A stretch of DNA of 63,272 nt, filler included, from Octopus bimaculoides (taxonomy: Eukaryota): NCBI RefSeq assembly GCF_001194135.2. It is 4 parts of 4 records of this genome, joined end to end, with 100 filler letters (N's around TTAATTAATTAA, not from the genome) between each part and the next. Parts side by side here need not be neighbours in the genome. Positions count along the whole stretch, not along the records: positions 1 to 21,519 come from NC_068981.1; 3 more parts are not named here. One strand, written 5' to 3'. The translations under genes and the position numbers were made by a program. Shown in pieces: positions 1 to 12,267 of the stretch. Numbering within the stretch: position 1 is the stretch's first letter; the number at the start of each line of letters is the position of its first letter. Below the pieces are notes generated by a model that saw only the letters and a program-made list of their open reading frames with translations, was not told the origin of the DNA and did not search any database.

Positions 1-74
1 AGAACAACAAAAGTTATAATAGATGGCAGGGTCGGTACTTTTCACATTTCTGTAATTTTTCAGATTAACACCCG

Positions 75-237
75 CACGATTACCCAACCCTAACCCTAAA
101 ACCCTAAACCTAACCCCAAACCCTAATCCTGACCCTAAAACCGTAACCGTAACACTAACCCTAACCGTAACCCTAACCCTAACTGTAACCCTAAAACCCT
201 AACCCTGGCCCTAAAACCCTAACCCTAACACCCTAGT
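75..237 (+). repeat. Degenerate telomere-like (CCCTAA)n array
   Basis: Runs of taaccc/taaccg/taaaaccc variants. Confidence 0.85.
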
Positions 238-599
238 GAAAATCGTAGTATATTTACAAAACATTGACGAACATGAGTTATATCTTAATGAATGATTGTG
301 TACTTGCACGTGTATGCGTTTGAGAGAGCGAGAGAGGAAGAGGTAGAGAGAGGGAGAGAAAGGAATAGAGAGAGAGAGAGAGAGAGTAAGGGAGAACGGA
401 AGACAGTTATAATGTTGATGTGTGTATGTGTTTATGTGTATGTTGTTGTCACAGATCACATATGTGTGGTTTTGTGTGTTTTTACGTTTCTATGTTATGA
501 AGAATATGTTAGAGGTAGAGGGATACAAGAAAACTATTAAATGAGAGAGAGGAAGAAGAAAGAAGATTTTGTATGTATCCCTTTCTCTCTCTCTCTCTT

Positions 600-641
<42 letters not shown>

Positions 642-1175
642 TCTCACTCTTACTCTCTATATTTTATGTTGAGCCCGTGGTATATATGTGTATAAGAACG
701 CCGTTACAGGTAGAAGGGAAGAAATATAAAAGTTGCTAGAAACAACAGCCAAATCTCCCTTAAATCACACAAAGTAAACGAAATTTTAAAAAATCTAATT
801 ACTGCACTGGAAAGTTCACATCGAGAAAATTCCATTGATGTAAAAATTTTTTACGAAAAAGTGGAAAATGTGGATTTCTATAAACTTTTAAAAAGGCTTC
901 ACACAGACACACAACTTCAGCTTTATATATCAAGATAACTGAAGAATTATTATATTCAACAACATATACAACCACCAAGGGCCTCACTGGATAATTTAAA
1001 AACTAAAAATTATAGAAAAGACAACAAAATATTTATTTATTCATTATAATAAACTCTTGTATAGGAATTAACCTTAATATGTAATAATTGAAAAGTTATT
1101 ATAATTGATAATAATATATAAAATTACCTATGACTACACTTGATAACTAAACAATAAAGATAACGGATAAGATAA

Positions 1176-3065
1176 TGTGGTATGACGTCTGTGATTGGGG
1201 AGCTGACTGGAACGGCGAGCTGACCGGAAGAGGAAGAAGGGCAGAGAGAGCCTCGAGGGATTTCGTGCCCTTTTCGAACGGGGTTGCTGTGAGGAGAGGA
1301 CATGCCAAGCGATCGTCTAGGTGTTGGGAGAAGCAGCTGCTATTTCTAGTGTTCTTCCGGTCAGCGAGCCACGAGGATTGGATGCTACCTCTGATGGCGG
1401 TGGTGCAGCCGACGAAAGGAAAATCAAGACCCGGTTAGGGGAAACTGGTATGTGCCCAAGACGGAATGCGGGACGGTTTGGTGTGATGCTAGCAGTATAG
1501 CGATAGGGGTTGTGTTAGAGATTGAAGGTGCTGAGGTGGAGGATGCGGCCTGGCTATGGAAAGCGGACGACTTCAACCACATCAATGTCGCCGAACTAGA
1601 TGCGGTGCTGAAAGGNNNNNNNNNNNNNNNNNNNNNNNNNNNNNNNNNNNNNNNNNNNNNNNNNNNNNNNNNNNNNNNNNNNNNNNNNNNNNNNNNNNNN
1701 NNNNNNNNNNNNNNNNNNNNNNNNNNNNNNNNNNNNNNNNNNNNNNNNNNNNNNNNNNNNNNNNNNNNNNNNNNNNNNNNNNNNNNNNNNNNNNNNNNNN
1801 NNNNNNNNNNNNNNNNNNNNNNNNNNNNNNNNNNNNNNNNNNNNNNNNNNNNNNNNNNNNNNNNNNNNNNNNNNNNNNNNNNNNNNNNNNNNNNNNNNNN
1901 NNNNNNNNNNNNNNNNNNNNNNNNNNNNNNNNNNNNNNNNNNNNNNNNNNNNNNNNNNNNNNNNNNNNNNNNNNNNNNNNNNNNNNNNNNNNNNNNNNNN
2001 NNNNNNNNNNNNNNNNNNNNNNNNNNNNNNNNNNNNNNNNNNNNNNNNNNNNNNNNNNNNNNNNNNNNNNNNNNNNNNNNNNNNNNNNNNNNNNNNNNNN
2101 NNNNNNNNNNNNNNNNNNNNNNNNNNNNNNNNNNNNNNNGTTGAGGACAGGCATTGCTGATGAGATTGCTCGCATTTTGAATGGGATATTCTTGAAGAGG
2201 GATCCCGTGGAAGAACTGCTAATGGACAATGGGGCGGCATTTCGTTCGGAAGCGTTGGGGGAGATGCTCGACCGGTGGAAGGTGCGATATTTGTTCAGAG
2301 CGGCGTATAGGCCAAGCGGCAACGGAATCGTTGAGAGGCACCATTGGACGATCAAGGCCATGGCTGAAAGGGGGAACATTTCGCCCCTGGAAGCGGTCTT
2401 CTGGTATAAGCGGAAGAGTCTGTGCTGCACAGAGCAGTGTTCAAGTATGAATGAAGGCATCCCAGTAAGACGCTGGAGTACTGCAAGGAAGAGAAGGGAC
2501 CTGCTGGCGTGAAAGTAGGGGAGGAAATTTGGGTCAAGCCGCTGAAGGCACGTTGCACATCACAATGGGGCAGGGGAACAGTGACGGCAGTTAATTCCAG
2601 AAACAATGTATCCATGGATGGAATGCCGCGTCACGTGCTGGACCTGCGCAGGATAGCCACTTCGTCGGATGAAGAGCGCGATGGAAACGAGGCACCTGGC
2701 TTGAGAAGATCTCGACGCATAAGGCGCCCGCCCGGTTGGATGGTGGACTTCGAAGTGGAGTAGGGGCAGACGTGATCTTTAAGATCAGGGTGGCATGTGG
2801 TATGACGTCAGCGACTGTGGAGCTGACCAGAACGGCGAACTGACCGGAAGAGGAAGCCTCGATCGGGATTTTGTGCCCTTTTCGAACGGGGTTGTTGTGA
2901 GGAGAGGACGTGCCAAGTGATCGTCTAGGTGTTGGGAGAAGCAGCAGCTATTTCTAGTGTTCTTCGGGTCAGCGAGCCGTGAGGATTGGATGCCGCAGGA
3001 CAGACTCGTACTTGGAAGGAAAACCGAGGTAAGCCGATTACATCTACTCGCACGCATACACCACA
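1176..3065 (+). mobile_element. Internally deleted Gypsy-type LTR retrotransposon (RNase H and integrase remnants)
   Basis: TGTGG...CCACA ends with a GATAA TSD (1171-1175 and 3066-3070). LTR copies at 1176-1385 (truncated) and 2796-3065. RNase H WCDASS..HINVAELDAV at ~1434-1615. Integrase LMDNGAAF..SGNGIVERHH at ~2140-2410. Purine-rich tract before the 3' LTR. Confidence 0.9.
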
Positions 3066-3513
3066 GATAATTAAATACCTATTTATTTTTATATTATACC
3101 CTTTTATATGAATTAAGATTATTATATAATAATAGAAAAATTGTTATGATTAATAATATATACAAATCTTGATGATCTCAGTGGATAATTACAGAATAAA
3201 AATTAAAGATAAGCATTCTACATTATACTCAATAGAAGCTTAACTATTTTTACATCACTATAATTAATTAATTACTCACTATAAAAGAAATTAACCTTAT
3301 TATATAATAAATAATTAATTAAAAGATTCTATAATTAATAATTGAAATATTTGAATGTCTTTCTAAATTTATAGCAACATCTTAAAGTTAAATTCTCATT
3401 AAAGTTCAATAAAATTAATTTAGAATTATTAAATATAATTCTTTGAAACAAAGATTACGAGTAGCATTACCAATATTATACAATGGTGCTTAATTAATGA
3501 TGGACTACTTTAA

Positions 3514-4040
3514 CCCATTAGTGTTCAGCCATGACTGGCTAAAAATTATTTCCCTTTGTTTATATGAACTGGCCAAATCCAGCCATATCTAATTTCTCTT
3601 CGAAATTTGCTAAAAGAATAAACAAATCACATTATTGAATTCTCATAGCTTTGAGATAATGTGAGATAAAGCCTTTCCCACCTTTATTCAAGTAAAAATA
3701 CCATGAAATATTTGAGATTTCTTGGTGTTTTCAACATTTGAAGAGAAGTGTATATCTTAGTTTTTAACGACACCGTGTCGGAAGGTATCGATTCCAACTT
3801 TGAAGGTTTTACTCTTGGTGATGTATAGAATATAAACGAAAACAACAGCGATGTGTCTTTGGATGAATCATATTGACATTTATGAGTCTTCGTCAGACAA
3901 GGAAGATTTTGATAATGTAAATGATAAAAATAAAAGTGATGAAAATGATATTGAAAACATTATGGCAACATGGTGGAAGATTACTACATCAACCACAATT
4001 CCCAATTTCACAGAAAAGACTAGTCCACAATACAGTCTAA
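3514..4040 (+). mobile_element. Possible piggyBac-like 5' end with transposase N-terminal remnant
   Basis: TTAA at 3510-13 followed by CCC. Broken acidic frame DSNFEGFTLGDV..ESSSDKEDFD..W..PNFTEKTSP resembles piggyBac N-termini. No right end seen. Confidence 0.45.
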
Positions 4041-4198
4041 CCATAATATTAATAGAATTAATATTAATACAAGGTAAAAAAATGACTTACTATATTATCT
4101 GCATTTTGATCAGTTATACAATCTGAACCTAGTTCTGAATGATTATCAATAACATTAATTTCATTATACATATTATCAGTTCTACAATTATTTATGGC

Positions 4199-6060
4199 TT
4201 AAGAATTTAGATATTCACTAATCCTCTGTTTATTTTGTACTGCAATAATCTCAGCTAAATTTCTTGTGGTTGAATACGAAAACTTAACACTATGTCTAAT
4301 ATATAATTTCCCATATTTACTTGAAGGTGGGAAATACCTATCTAGTGTTGCAAACAATTTACGAGGGATATTAGAAGCTATTGAATATGAAAATGGAACA
4401 TTATACCATATAATATTTGTTGATATATTTTTCCTATCATTTCTATAAACTTTTTTGACAGTATTACTTTTATTAAAATTGAGTCTTTTCTTATTATAAT
4501 TTTTATTCATAAATTTGTAGTTTTTATTATTGTTGTTGTTACTATTACTTTTATTATTTCTATCTAAATTTTCAGTTTTCTTATACTCTTTTTAAATTTT
4601 CAACATCTCTAAAATTCTAGATCTTTATTATTATTATGATGACTCTGGACATAGTAAACCTTATTCAGCTTCCAATAACGCATGGTTATAATGTTTGATT
4701 TTGCTTAATCATATCTTCATTAGCCAAAAGCCTCAAAATACAAGTTGATACATTCTTAACTATTAAATTTACTATGCTTCTTGGATGATTAGAGTTTTTA
4801 TTTATATATGTTAAGCATTCATTTGGCTTATGATAAGGTTGGTATAATTCATTATGTAAATCAAGAGTGATATCCAGAAAATTATCCCTAGTATATTCAT
4901 TTTCAATAATAATAAAAAGACCAAGACACTTAGAGAATTTATAAAGATTTTTTCTATACCTTTCTAAATTAACCATATTAGATTTATATACAGTGAAAAG
5001 AGCATCATCTCTATATAATCCACCTCCTAATTCAGGAAATGATTTACCTATGCAATAAAGAATATAAATTGGTAACTTGTGCCAAATCACTTGATTCCAT
5101 TGTAAAATTGAAAAAATCAGGTCTACCAGTTCTAGTCCAATATTTATCATCAAATTCAATAATGGTTTTTCTAGCCTCTAGAATAATATCAACCTCACTT
5201 CTAGATAAATCCAAATTCTCCATAGTGGAAAGCAAAGCTTTATTCAGTAGGATTGGGTTGATAGATGAGTAATAATTGGAAATATCCAACCGAATAAACT
5301 TAGTATGTTGTTTACTATTAATGCTAGAAAACCAGTCAATAACTTCCAATGAATTTGACCACAAAGATAACCTAATGTATTGTTTAGGAATATATTTATC
5401 AATAATAAATTTAGTAATCTTACCAATATCTGATTTGGATGGGCAAATCATTTTAACTTGGGGAACAGTATTAAAATTAGGCTTATGATCCTTCAAATTA
5501 ATTCTTGGCATTTTAAGAGTGTAAAGTTCGGTCTGATCATCAACTTGTAGATTTTCAGCAATGTTTTTCACAGTTAGGTTGATGTTCATTAAGCTCTCTT
5601 TCGAGGTAATTATATAATCCTCAGTAATTTGTTTTTTAATTAAGGATAAATAGTGTTCTGGTTCCAGATGATAAAGATTTACAGTTTTATCTAAATGAAC
5701 AAGAATTCCAGGTTTACTTTTAAATTCCTTCAATAAAAAGAGCAATATTTTTTAAGATGATGAGGGTTTCATTTCATAAGGAATCGATGGCATTAAACGT
5801 TTTAACTATATTCCACATTTCAGTTTCAAAATCTGTCAGTAATGGATTAAAAGGTGGAATCTTTCTGGATGTAAAAATTTGTTTAATATGATGAATATCA
5901 GTATCAAAAATACCATTACTCTTCTTATTGAAGTAGTAGGCGTACCACCTCATATGGTAGATAAGTGAATTAGTCTTATGAATCAAAATATTCAGATATT
6001 ATTTTTTGGTTGGTAAAGGCATATCCTTTAAAGATGTGTTGATAAAAATTTTCTCCATAT
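4199..6060 (-). mobile_element. Penelope-like element, decayed RT ORF
   Basis: Frameshifted pieces in the expected order: SLKDMPLP..LIHKTNSLIYHMRWY; LKDHKPNF..CPSKSDIG; LDISNYYSSI; GLYRDD; NFLDITLDL..YHKPN..SNHP; IIWYNVPFS..YFPP..VKFSYST. No GIY-YIG domain found. Confidence 0.88.
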
Positions 6061-6434
6061 GAATGAAAATCTGCTGTAAGCACTCCAAACCAATAGAATA
6101 ATAGAGTATATGAACAGACAAAAAATGTGATTAAAAAATCCTGGCAGATATCAAGTAAGCACTCAGTATAAAGTATATCTATAATTTTTATTCTGTAATT
6201 ATCCACTGAGATCATCAAGATTTGTATATATTATTAATTGTAGTAATTTTTCTATTATTATATAATAATCTTAATTCATATAAAAGGGTATAATATATAA
6301 AAATAAATAGGTATTTAATTATCTTATCCGTTACCTTAATTCTTTAGTTATCTAGCATAGTCATCAGTAATTAAATATATTATCATTAATTATTATAACT
6401 TTTCAATTATTATACGATAAGGTTAATTTCTATA

Positions 6435-6656
6435 TTCTTTTATTCTTTTATTTGTTTCACTCATTTGACTGCGGCCATGCTAGAGCACCACCTTTAGTTG
6501 AGCAAATTGACCCCAGAACTTATTCTTTGTAAGCCTAGTACTTATTCTATCGATATCTTTTGCTGAACTGCTAAGTTACAGGAACGTAAACGCACCAGCA
6601 TCACTTTTCAAGCAATGTTGGGGGAACAAACACAGACACACAAACATATACATACA

Positions 6657-6721
<65 letters not shown>

Positions 6722-6883
6722 GACAGGCTTCTTTTCAGTTTCTTTCTACCAAATCCACTCACAAGGCTTTGGTGAGCCCAAGGCTATAGAAGAAGACACT
6801 TGCCCAAGGTGCTACGCTGTGGGACTGAACCCAGAACTGTGTGGTTGATAAGCAAGCTACTTACCACACAGCCACTCCTGCCC
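6435..6883 (-). mobile_element. tRNA-derived SINE, family A
   Basis: Reverse complement of head GGAGTGGCTGTGTGGTAAG..GGGTTCAGTCCC, central microsatellite and tail GACTGAAACAAGTAAAAGA. Interrupts the inverted-repeat arm shared with 930-1175. Confidence 0.9.
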
Positions 6884-7572
6884 CTATATAAGAGTTCATT
6901 ATAATGAATAAATAGATATTTTGTTGTCTTTTCTATAATTTTTTATTTTTTAACTGTTAGTGGTTGTAGATGTTGTTAAATATAATAATTCTTCAGTTAT
7001 TATAAAATAAAGTTAATTCCCATACAAGGATTTATTATATTAAATAAATAAATAACTAGGTAATTAACTATGGTGATGTAAAGTATATAAGTTTCTATTA
7101 AGCATTACGTAGAATTATTATCAGTATTCTTTAGTTATCTATTAAGTATAATCTAGAATTTTTGTCAGCAGTTTTTGTTCTTTAGATATCCAGTGACATC
7201 ATCAATTTTAGTAGATAAATATACTTGTCTCCTATGTCAGGCTATTTTTTTCTTTTAATTTTTATGTAGATTTCAAATTGTCAAAAAATATGGAATTAGT
7301 ATGATATTTTTTATTTTCTATTTTTATAAACCAAATTAGTTATTCAATGATGTTGCTCTTGGTTGAATGAATGAATGTCCAAAGTTAAATTTGGTTAGGT
7401 GTTTCTTTTTGTTAGCATTTTTTAATAGCTAAAATTTTTTTAGATGTTTAGATGTTCAGTTAGATAATGTTGTGTTGACATAAATTTTCGTACATATTAT
7501 TAATTTTAATATTATGTATGTGTGTGTGTGTGTGTGTATGAATATATATGTGCGTATGTATGTATGTATATT

Positions 7573-7987
7573 ACTCTTTACTCTTTTACTTGTTTCAGTC
7601 ATTTGACTGTGGCCATGCTGGAGCACCGCCTTTAGTTGAGCAAATCGACCCCAAGACTTATTCTTTGTAAGCCTAGTACTTATTATATTGGTCTCTTTTG
7701 CCGAACTGCTAAGTTACGGGGACGTAAACACACCACNNNNNNNNNNNNNNNNNNNNNNNNNNNNNNNNNNNNNNNNNNNNNNNNNNNNNNNNNNNNNNNN
7801 NNTATATATACATATATATATATACGATGGGCTTCTTTCAGTTTCCGTCTACCAAATCCACTCACAAGAATTTGGTCGGCCCGAGGCTATAGTAGAAAAC
7901 ACTTGCCCAAGGTGCAATGCAGTGGGACTGAACCCAGAACCATGTGGTTCGTAAGCAACCTACTTACCACACAGCCACACCAGCGCC
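7573..7987 (-). mobile_element. SINE family A (contains N gap)
   Basis: Same head and tail as the 30021-30438 copy. Confidence 0.9.
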
Positions 7988-8329
7988 TATATATATATGA
8001 AAATTTTTTTTTCAGAATGAGATGAAAGACCAAGGCTGTGAAGATTTTAGAATATAGCCTTGGTTTTTTATCTCATTCTGAAAAAAATTTTTTTTATATA
8101 CACGTGCTGATATATGACCTACGTTGGACTCCTTATTCACATTATCACCGAACCTGGAGCTTAACTATGGTCTATCCATAGCACTTACTCAGCATTACCT
8201 GACATCTTTGAGTCTTATTGACACCATTACCTCTCATAACCTCTATGTATGTATATATTAATGCAACTGAAACAGACAGAGAGAGACAATTCTTTAGAGA
8301 TGAAGATCAGTTGCAATGGGAGGAGTTGA

Positions 8330-8930
8330 TTTTCATGAGAATGGAAACACAAACAGCAAATGTGTTGTACCTTATCATGACACTTTTAAGAACATTCAAA
8401 TGCCACTGCAATGTTGAAATCATTGCCTCAGTGAGGTCAATTAAGTATATCATCAAGTTCATGCTGAAAGGAAATGACCAAGCTGCTATTCAAATAAACA
8501 ATGGTAACAAAATTAGTCAATATCTCATGAGTGGGTATATTGGACCATCTGAAGCAGTTGCATCCATTTTAGGATTCTCAATTCATGAAAGAGCACCTGC
8601 AATAGTGAAACTGCAAATTCATCTACCAGATAAACAAAGAGTATGGCTCAGAAATTATGAGGATATATATAGCTGCCAATGAATGACATGAGAACAACAT
8701 TGACAGAATTTTTATCATTGTGTAACAATGATGACTTTGCAAAACCATTACTTTATGCTGAAGTACCCATGTATTTCATTTAGAATAGTAGTAAAAAAGA
8801 ATGGCAAAGAAGAACACAAGGAAAATAGTTTAAGGTCATTTGAACATATTCAAAGAAGAAACACTTGGTTGTATTTATGCTGTCAAAGGCAGGAGGCCTG
8901 TATTATTTAAAAATTTTTTGCATGAAGTTT
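8330..8930 (+). mobile_element. Helitron Rep/helicase fragment
   Basis: FKCHCNVEIIASVRSIKYIIKFMLKGND..YIGPSEAV..ILGFSIHERAP.IVKLQIHLP, then TLTEFLSLCNNDDFAKPLLYAEVP..WQRRTQG. These match Helitron Rep C-terminal motifs. Confidence 0.88.
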
Positions 8931-9022
8931 GAAATAGAATTTTTTCCTTTCTCACTAACATTTCCAACTTGGAGTGGTTGTGACCCAACAGGTCACGGTG
9001 AGCACATCTAGTATATCAACCT

Positions 9023-10534
9023 CATCATTGTCATCATCATCGTTTAACGTCCACTTTCCATGCTGGCATCGGTTGGACGGTTTGACTGAGGACTGGTAAG
9101 CCAGAGACTGCACCAGGCTCAATCTGATCTGGCAAAGTTTCTACAACTGGATGCCCTTCCTAACGCCAACCACTCTGAGAGTGTAGTGGGTGCTTTTTGC
9201 ATGCCACCGGCGGTTCTGGCATTGACTATGCTCAAAAGATGTTTTTACATGCTACTGTATGGGAGCCAGTCAATTGTGGCACTGGCAAAGACCATGCTCA
9301 AATGTTGTTTTTCATGTGCCACCAGCACATGTGTTGGTAAGATGACGCTGGCAACGATCACGCTCGAATGGTCCTTTTCACATATCACCAGCATGGGGGC
9401 CAATCCGTGGCTCTGGCAATGATCATGCTCAGATATGCTTCTTTTAACATTCCACTGGCACGAGTACCAATCAGGTGGTACTGTCATCAGCCACGTCAGC
9501 AATTTTGATTTGTTTACACTTGCCTCAATAGGTCTTTGCAAGCAAAGTTCATTGTCCAATGAATGAGGGTACTCAGAAGTGGGGTGGTTACACCCCACGT
9601 TCAGATGTGCTTTTAATGTTCCACTGGCACGAGTGCCCATCAGGCAGTACTGTTGTCAGCCACATTAGCAATTTTGATTTTGATTTCACTTGCCTCAATA
9701 GGTCTTCACAAGCAAGGTTTATTGTCCAATAAATGAGAGGTATTCATAAATGGGCTTGTTACACCCACTGGCATAGGCCATGGGCTATGGTCTCACTTGG
9801 CTTCTCGGGTCTTCTCAAGCACAGCATATCTCCAAAGGTCCCTGTCACTAGTCATTGCCTCAGTAAGGCCCAATGTTCGAAGGTCGTGCTTCACCACCTC
9901 ATCCCAGATTTTCCTGGGTCTACTTCTTCCACAGGCTCTCTCAACTTCTAGGGTGTAACATTTTTCCACACAGCTGTCCTCATTCATTCACAACAGATAG
10001 CCATACCAGTGCAGTCGTCTCTCTTGCATGCCACATCTGATGCTTCTTAAATCCAAGTTTTCTCTCAGGTCACTTACACTCTGCCATGTATGCACACTGA
10101 CATTACACATCCAGCAGAGCATACTGGCTTCATTCCTTGCAAGCTTACGCATGTCTTCAGCAGTCACAGCCCATGTTTCACTGCCATGTAGCATGGCTGT
10201 TCGTACACATGCATCATACAGTCTACTTTTTACTCTGAGTGAGAGGCCCTTTGCCACCAGCAGAGGTAGGAGCTCTCTGAACTTTGCCCAGGCTATTCTT
10301 ATTCTAGCAGCTACAATTTCAGAGCATCCACCCCTGCTACTGACTTGGTCACCTAGGTAACAGAAGCTATCAACTACTTCTGGTTTTTCTCCTTGGACTG
10401 TGACAGAAGCTGTTCTCTACACATTTTCTGTGTTTATAGCACCTGAGCATTTGCCACATACAAAATCTATCTCCCCAGTTAGCCTCCTTTGATATTGCTG
10501 TACCTCTTATGTGTCCATAGCTTACACTGGGTAC
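9023..10534 (-). mobile_element. 5'-truncated RTE-clade LINE (RT C-terminus, 3'UTR, (ATG)n tail)
   Basis: FCYLGD..AWAKFRELLPLL..LHGSETW..RRLHWYG..CGRSRPRKIW. The 3'UTR has the motif CTGGATGCCCTTCCTAACGCCAACC and abuts a (CAT)n run. Confidence 0.92.
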
Positions 10535-10554
10535 NNNNNNNNNNNNNNNNNNNN

Positions 10555-10594
<40 letters not shown>

Positions 10595-10595
<1 letters not shown>

Positions 10596-10810
10596 CTTTA
10601 TTCCTTTACTTGCTTCAGTCATTTCACTGCAGTCATGCTGCAGCATCACCTTGAATGGTTTTAGTCAAAGAAATCCCCAGGACTTATTCTTTGTAAGACT
10701 AGTACTTATTCTATTGGTCTTTTTTGCCAAACTGCTAAGCTACAAGGACATAAACCCACTAGCATTCGTTCTCAAGCGATGATGGGAGTACAAACACAGA
10801 TAGACACACA
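10595..10810 (-). mobile_element. SINE family A, 3' half
   Basis: Tail motif cttttacttgcttcagtcatt..gacttattctttgtaag. Confidence 0.8.
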
Positions 10811-10831
10811 CACACACATGTACATATATAT

Positions 10832-11145
10832 CATCATCATCATCATCATCGTTTAACATCTGCTTTCCATGCTAGCATGAGTTGGATGGTTTAACTGAGG
10901 ACTGGCAAGCCAGGAGGCTGCACCAGGCTCCAATCTGATCTGGCAAGGTTTCTACAGCTGGATGCCCTTCCTCACACCAACCACTCCGAGAGTGTAGTGG
11001 ATGTTTTTTATGTGCCACCAGCACAGTGGCCAGTCTGGCTTGACTGGCATCAACCATGCTCGAATAGTGCTTTTTACGTGCCACTTGTATGGGTGCCAGT
11101 CCGGTGGTACTGGCATCAGCCACAACAATGATTTTACTTGACACA
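10832..11145 (-). mobile_element. RTE LINE 3'UTR fragment
   Basis: (CAT)n followed by cgtttaac..ctggatgcccttcc, homologous to 9035-9200. Confidence 0.85.
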
Positions 11146-11307
11146 CATATACATGAGTAAGCACATAAATGCAAAACATGGTGAAAAAAATAGTACATGA
11201 ATACCAAAGGTAGAGTAATATGCTTTTATTATTAAACCTGCAAAAACATCTCAAAAATTTTAATAGATTTTGGGGTTGCTTTTGTATGAAGCTTCAATAA
11301 AAAAAAA

Positions 11308-11354
<47 letters not shown>

Positions 11355-11365
<11 letters not shown>

Positions 11366-12095
11366 CAGATTGGGACACAAACGCAAAACATCCAGACAGT
11401 TAGGTGATACAAGAAAGGGACAAAACATACAGATAGACGATACAAAGAAAACACGGACAGGTCATTCGGAGTTTTCTCTCTTCAGTCAAGATCCAGATTA
11501 TCCTTGCAATTTCAGTTGGTTATTCTCGATATTGCTCCAATCTGGCCAGCCCCAAGGAAAGACTAAGCTAAGAGCATTAGATTCCTTGGAAGAAAGCAGC
11601 GAATATATACAAAAACAAGGACGGAAAAAAACGAACAATGTTACACAAATACAGTAAGGATAATAACAGGACAAAACAACAGATGTCTTTCGACTAAGGA
11701 CGAATCAAATTAAGCTGGCATGTATGGAAATAAGGCCTTACAGCAGGGATACAAGATTTTACAGACACAGGAAGGAATAACGATGTTGCACGCACAACAG
11801 CCGGACAAGAAAGAAAGGTCAGGCTTGGCCAAACACTGGTCACATGGGAAGAGAAGAGAGAGAGGTAGAGGCAGGGACAAAAGAATTAATGAGGGGCGAG
11901 AAAAACTGACAGGGACACAGTGAAGTGAAAAGTGGAGGGAAAGTGAGCAAGAATAGAAGGCAAGGAAATGTGAGCGAGGGGGAACAATAGAACGAACAGT
12001 GGAATGACCGAGTAAGGGTAAAGGAGCTGATAGACAGAAATAGAGTCATACAAGATTTAGAAAAATGTATACCTACATATAAGAGACAAGGTGTA
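11355..12095. repeat. Dispersed repeat of unknown class (second diverged copy at ~51020-51430)
   Basis: Shared blocks in the same order, e.g. gtcattc..ttca[g/a]tcaag and gtctttcgact..gaatcaaatt..gctgg. Confidence 0.6.
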
Positions 12096-12267
12096 CACAC
12101 ACACACACACATAGTACATGAATACCAAAGGTAGAGTAATATGCTTTTATTATTAAACCTGCAAAAACATCTCAAAAATTTTAATAGATTTTGGGGTTGT
12201 TTTTGTATGAAGCTTCAATTAAAAAAAAAGTATATATATATAATAAAAAAGTATATGTATATATATA

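Noticed and set aside
1395-1420. TGGTGCAGCCGA as the Gypsy primer-binding site
   Set aside because: It does not follow a complete LTR end, and the tRNA complementarity is only partial.
11455-11490. Minus-strand CTGAAGA-GAG-AAAA-CTC-C-GAATGAC as a hammerhead
   Set aside because: Extra C before GAA, no A15.1-U16.1 pair, and the second family copy breaks the core.
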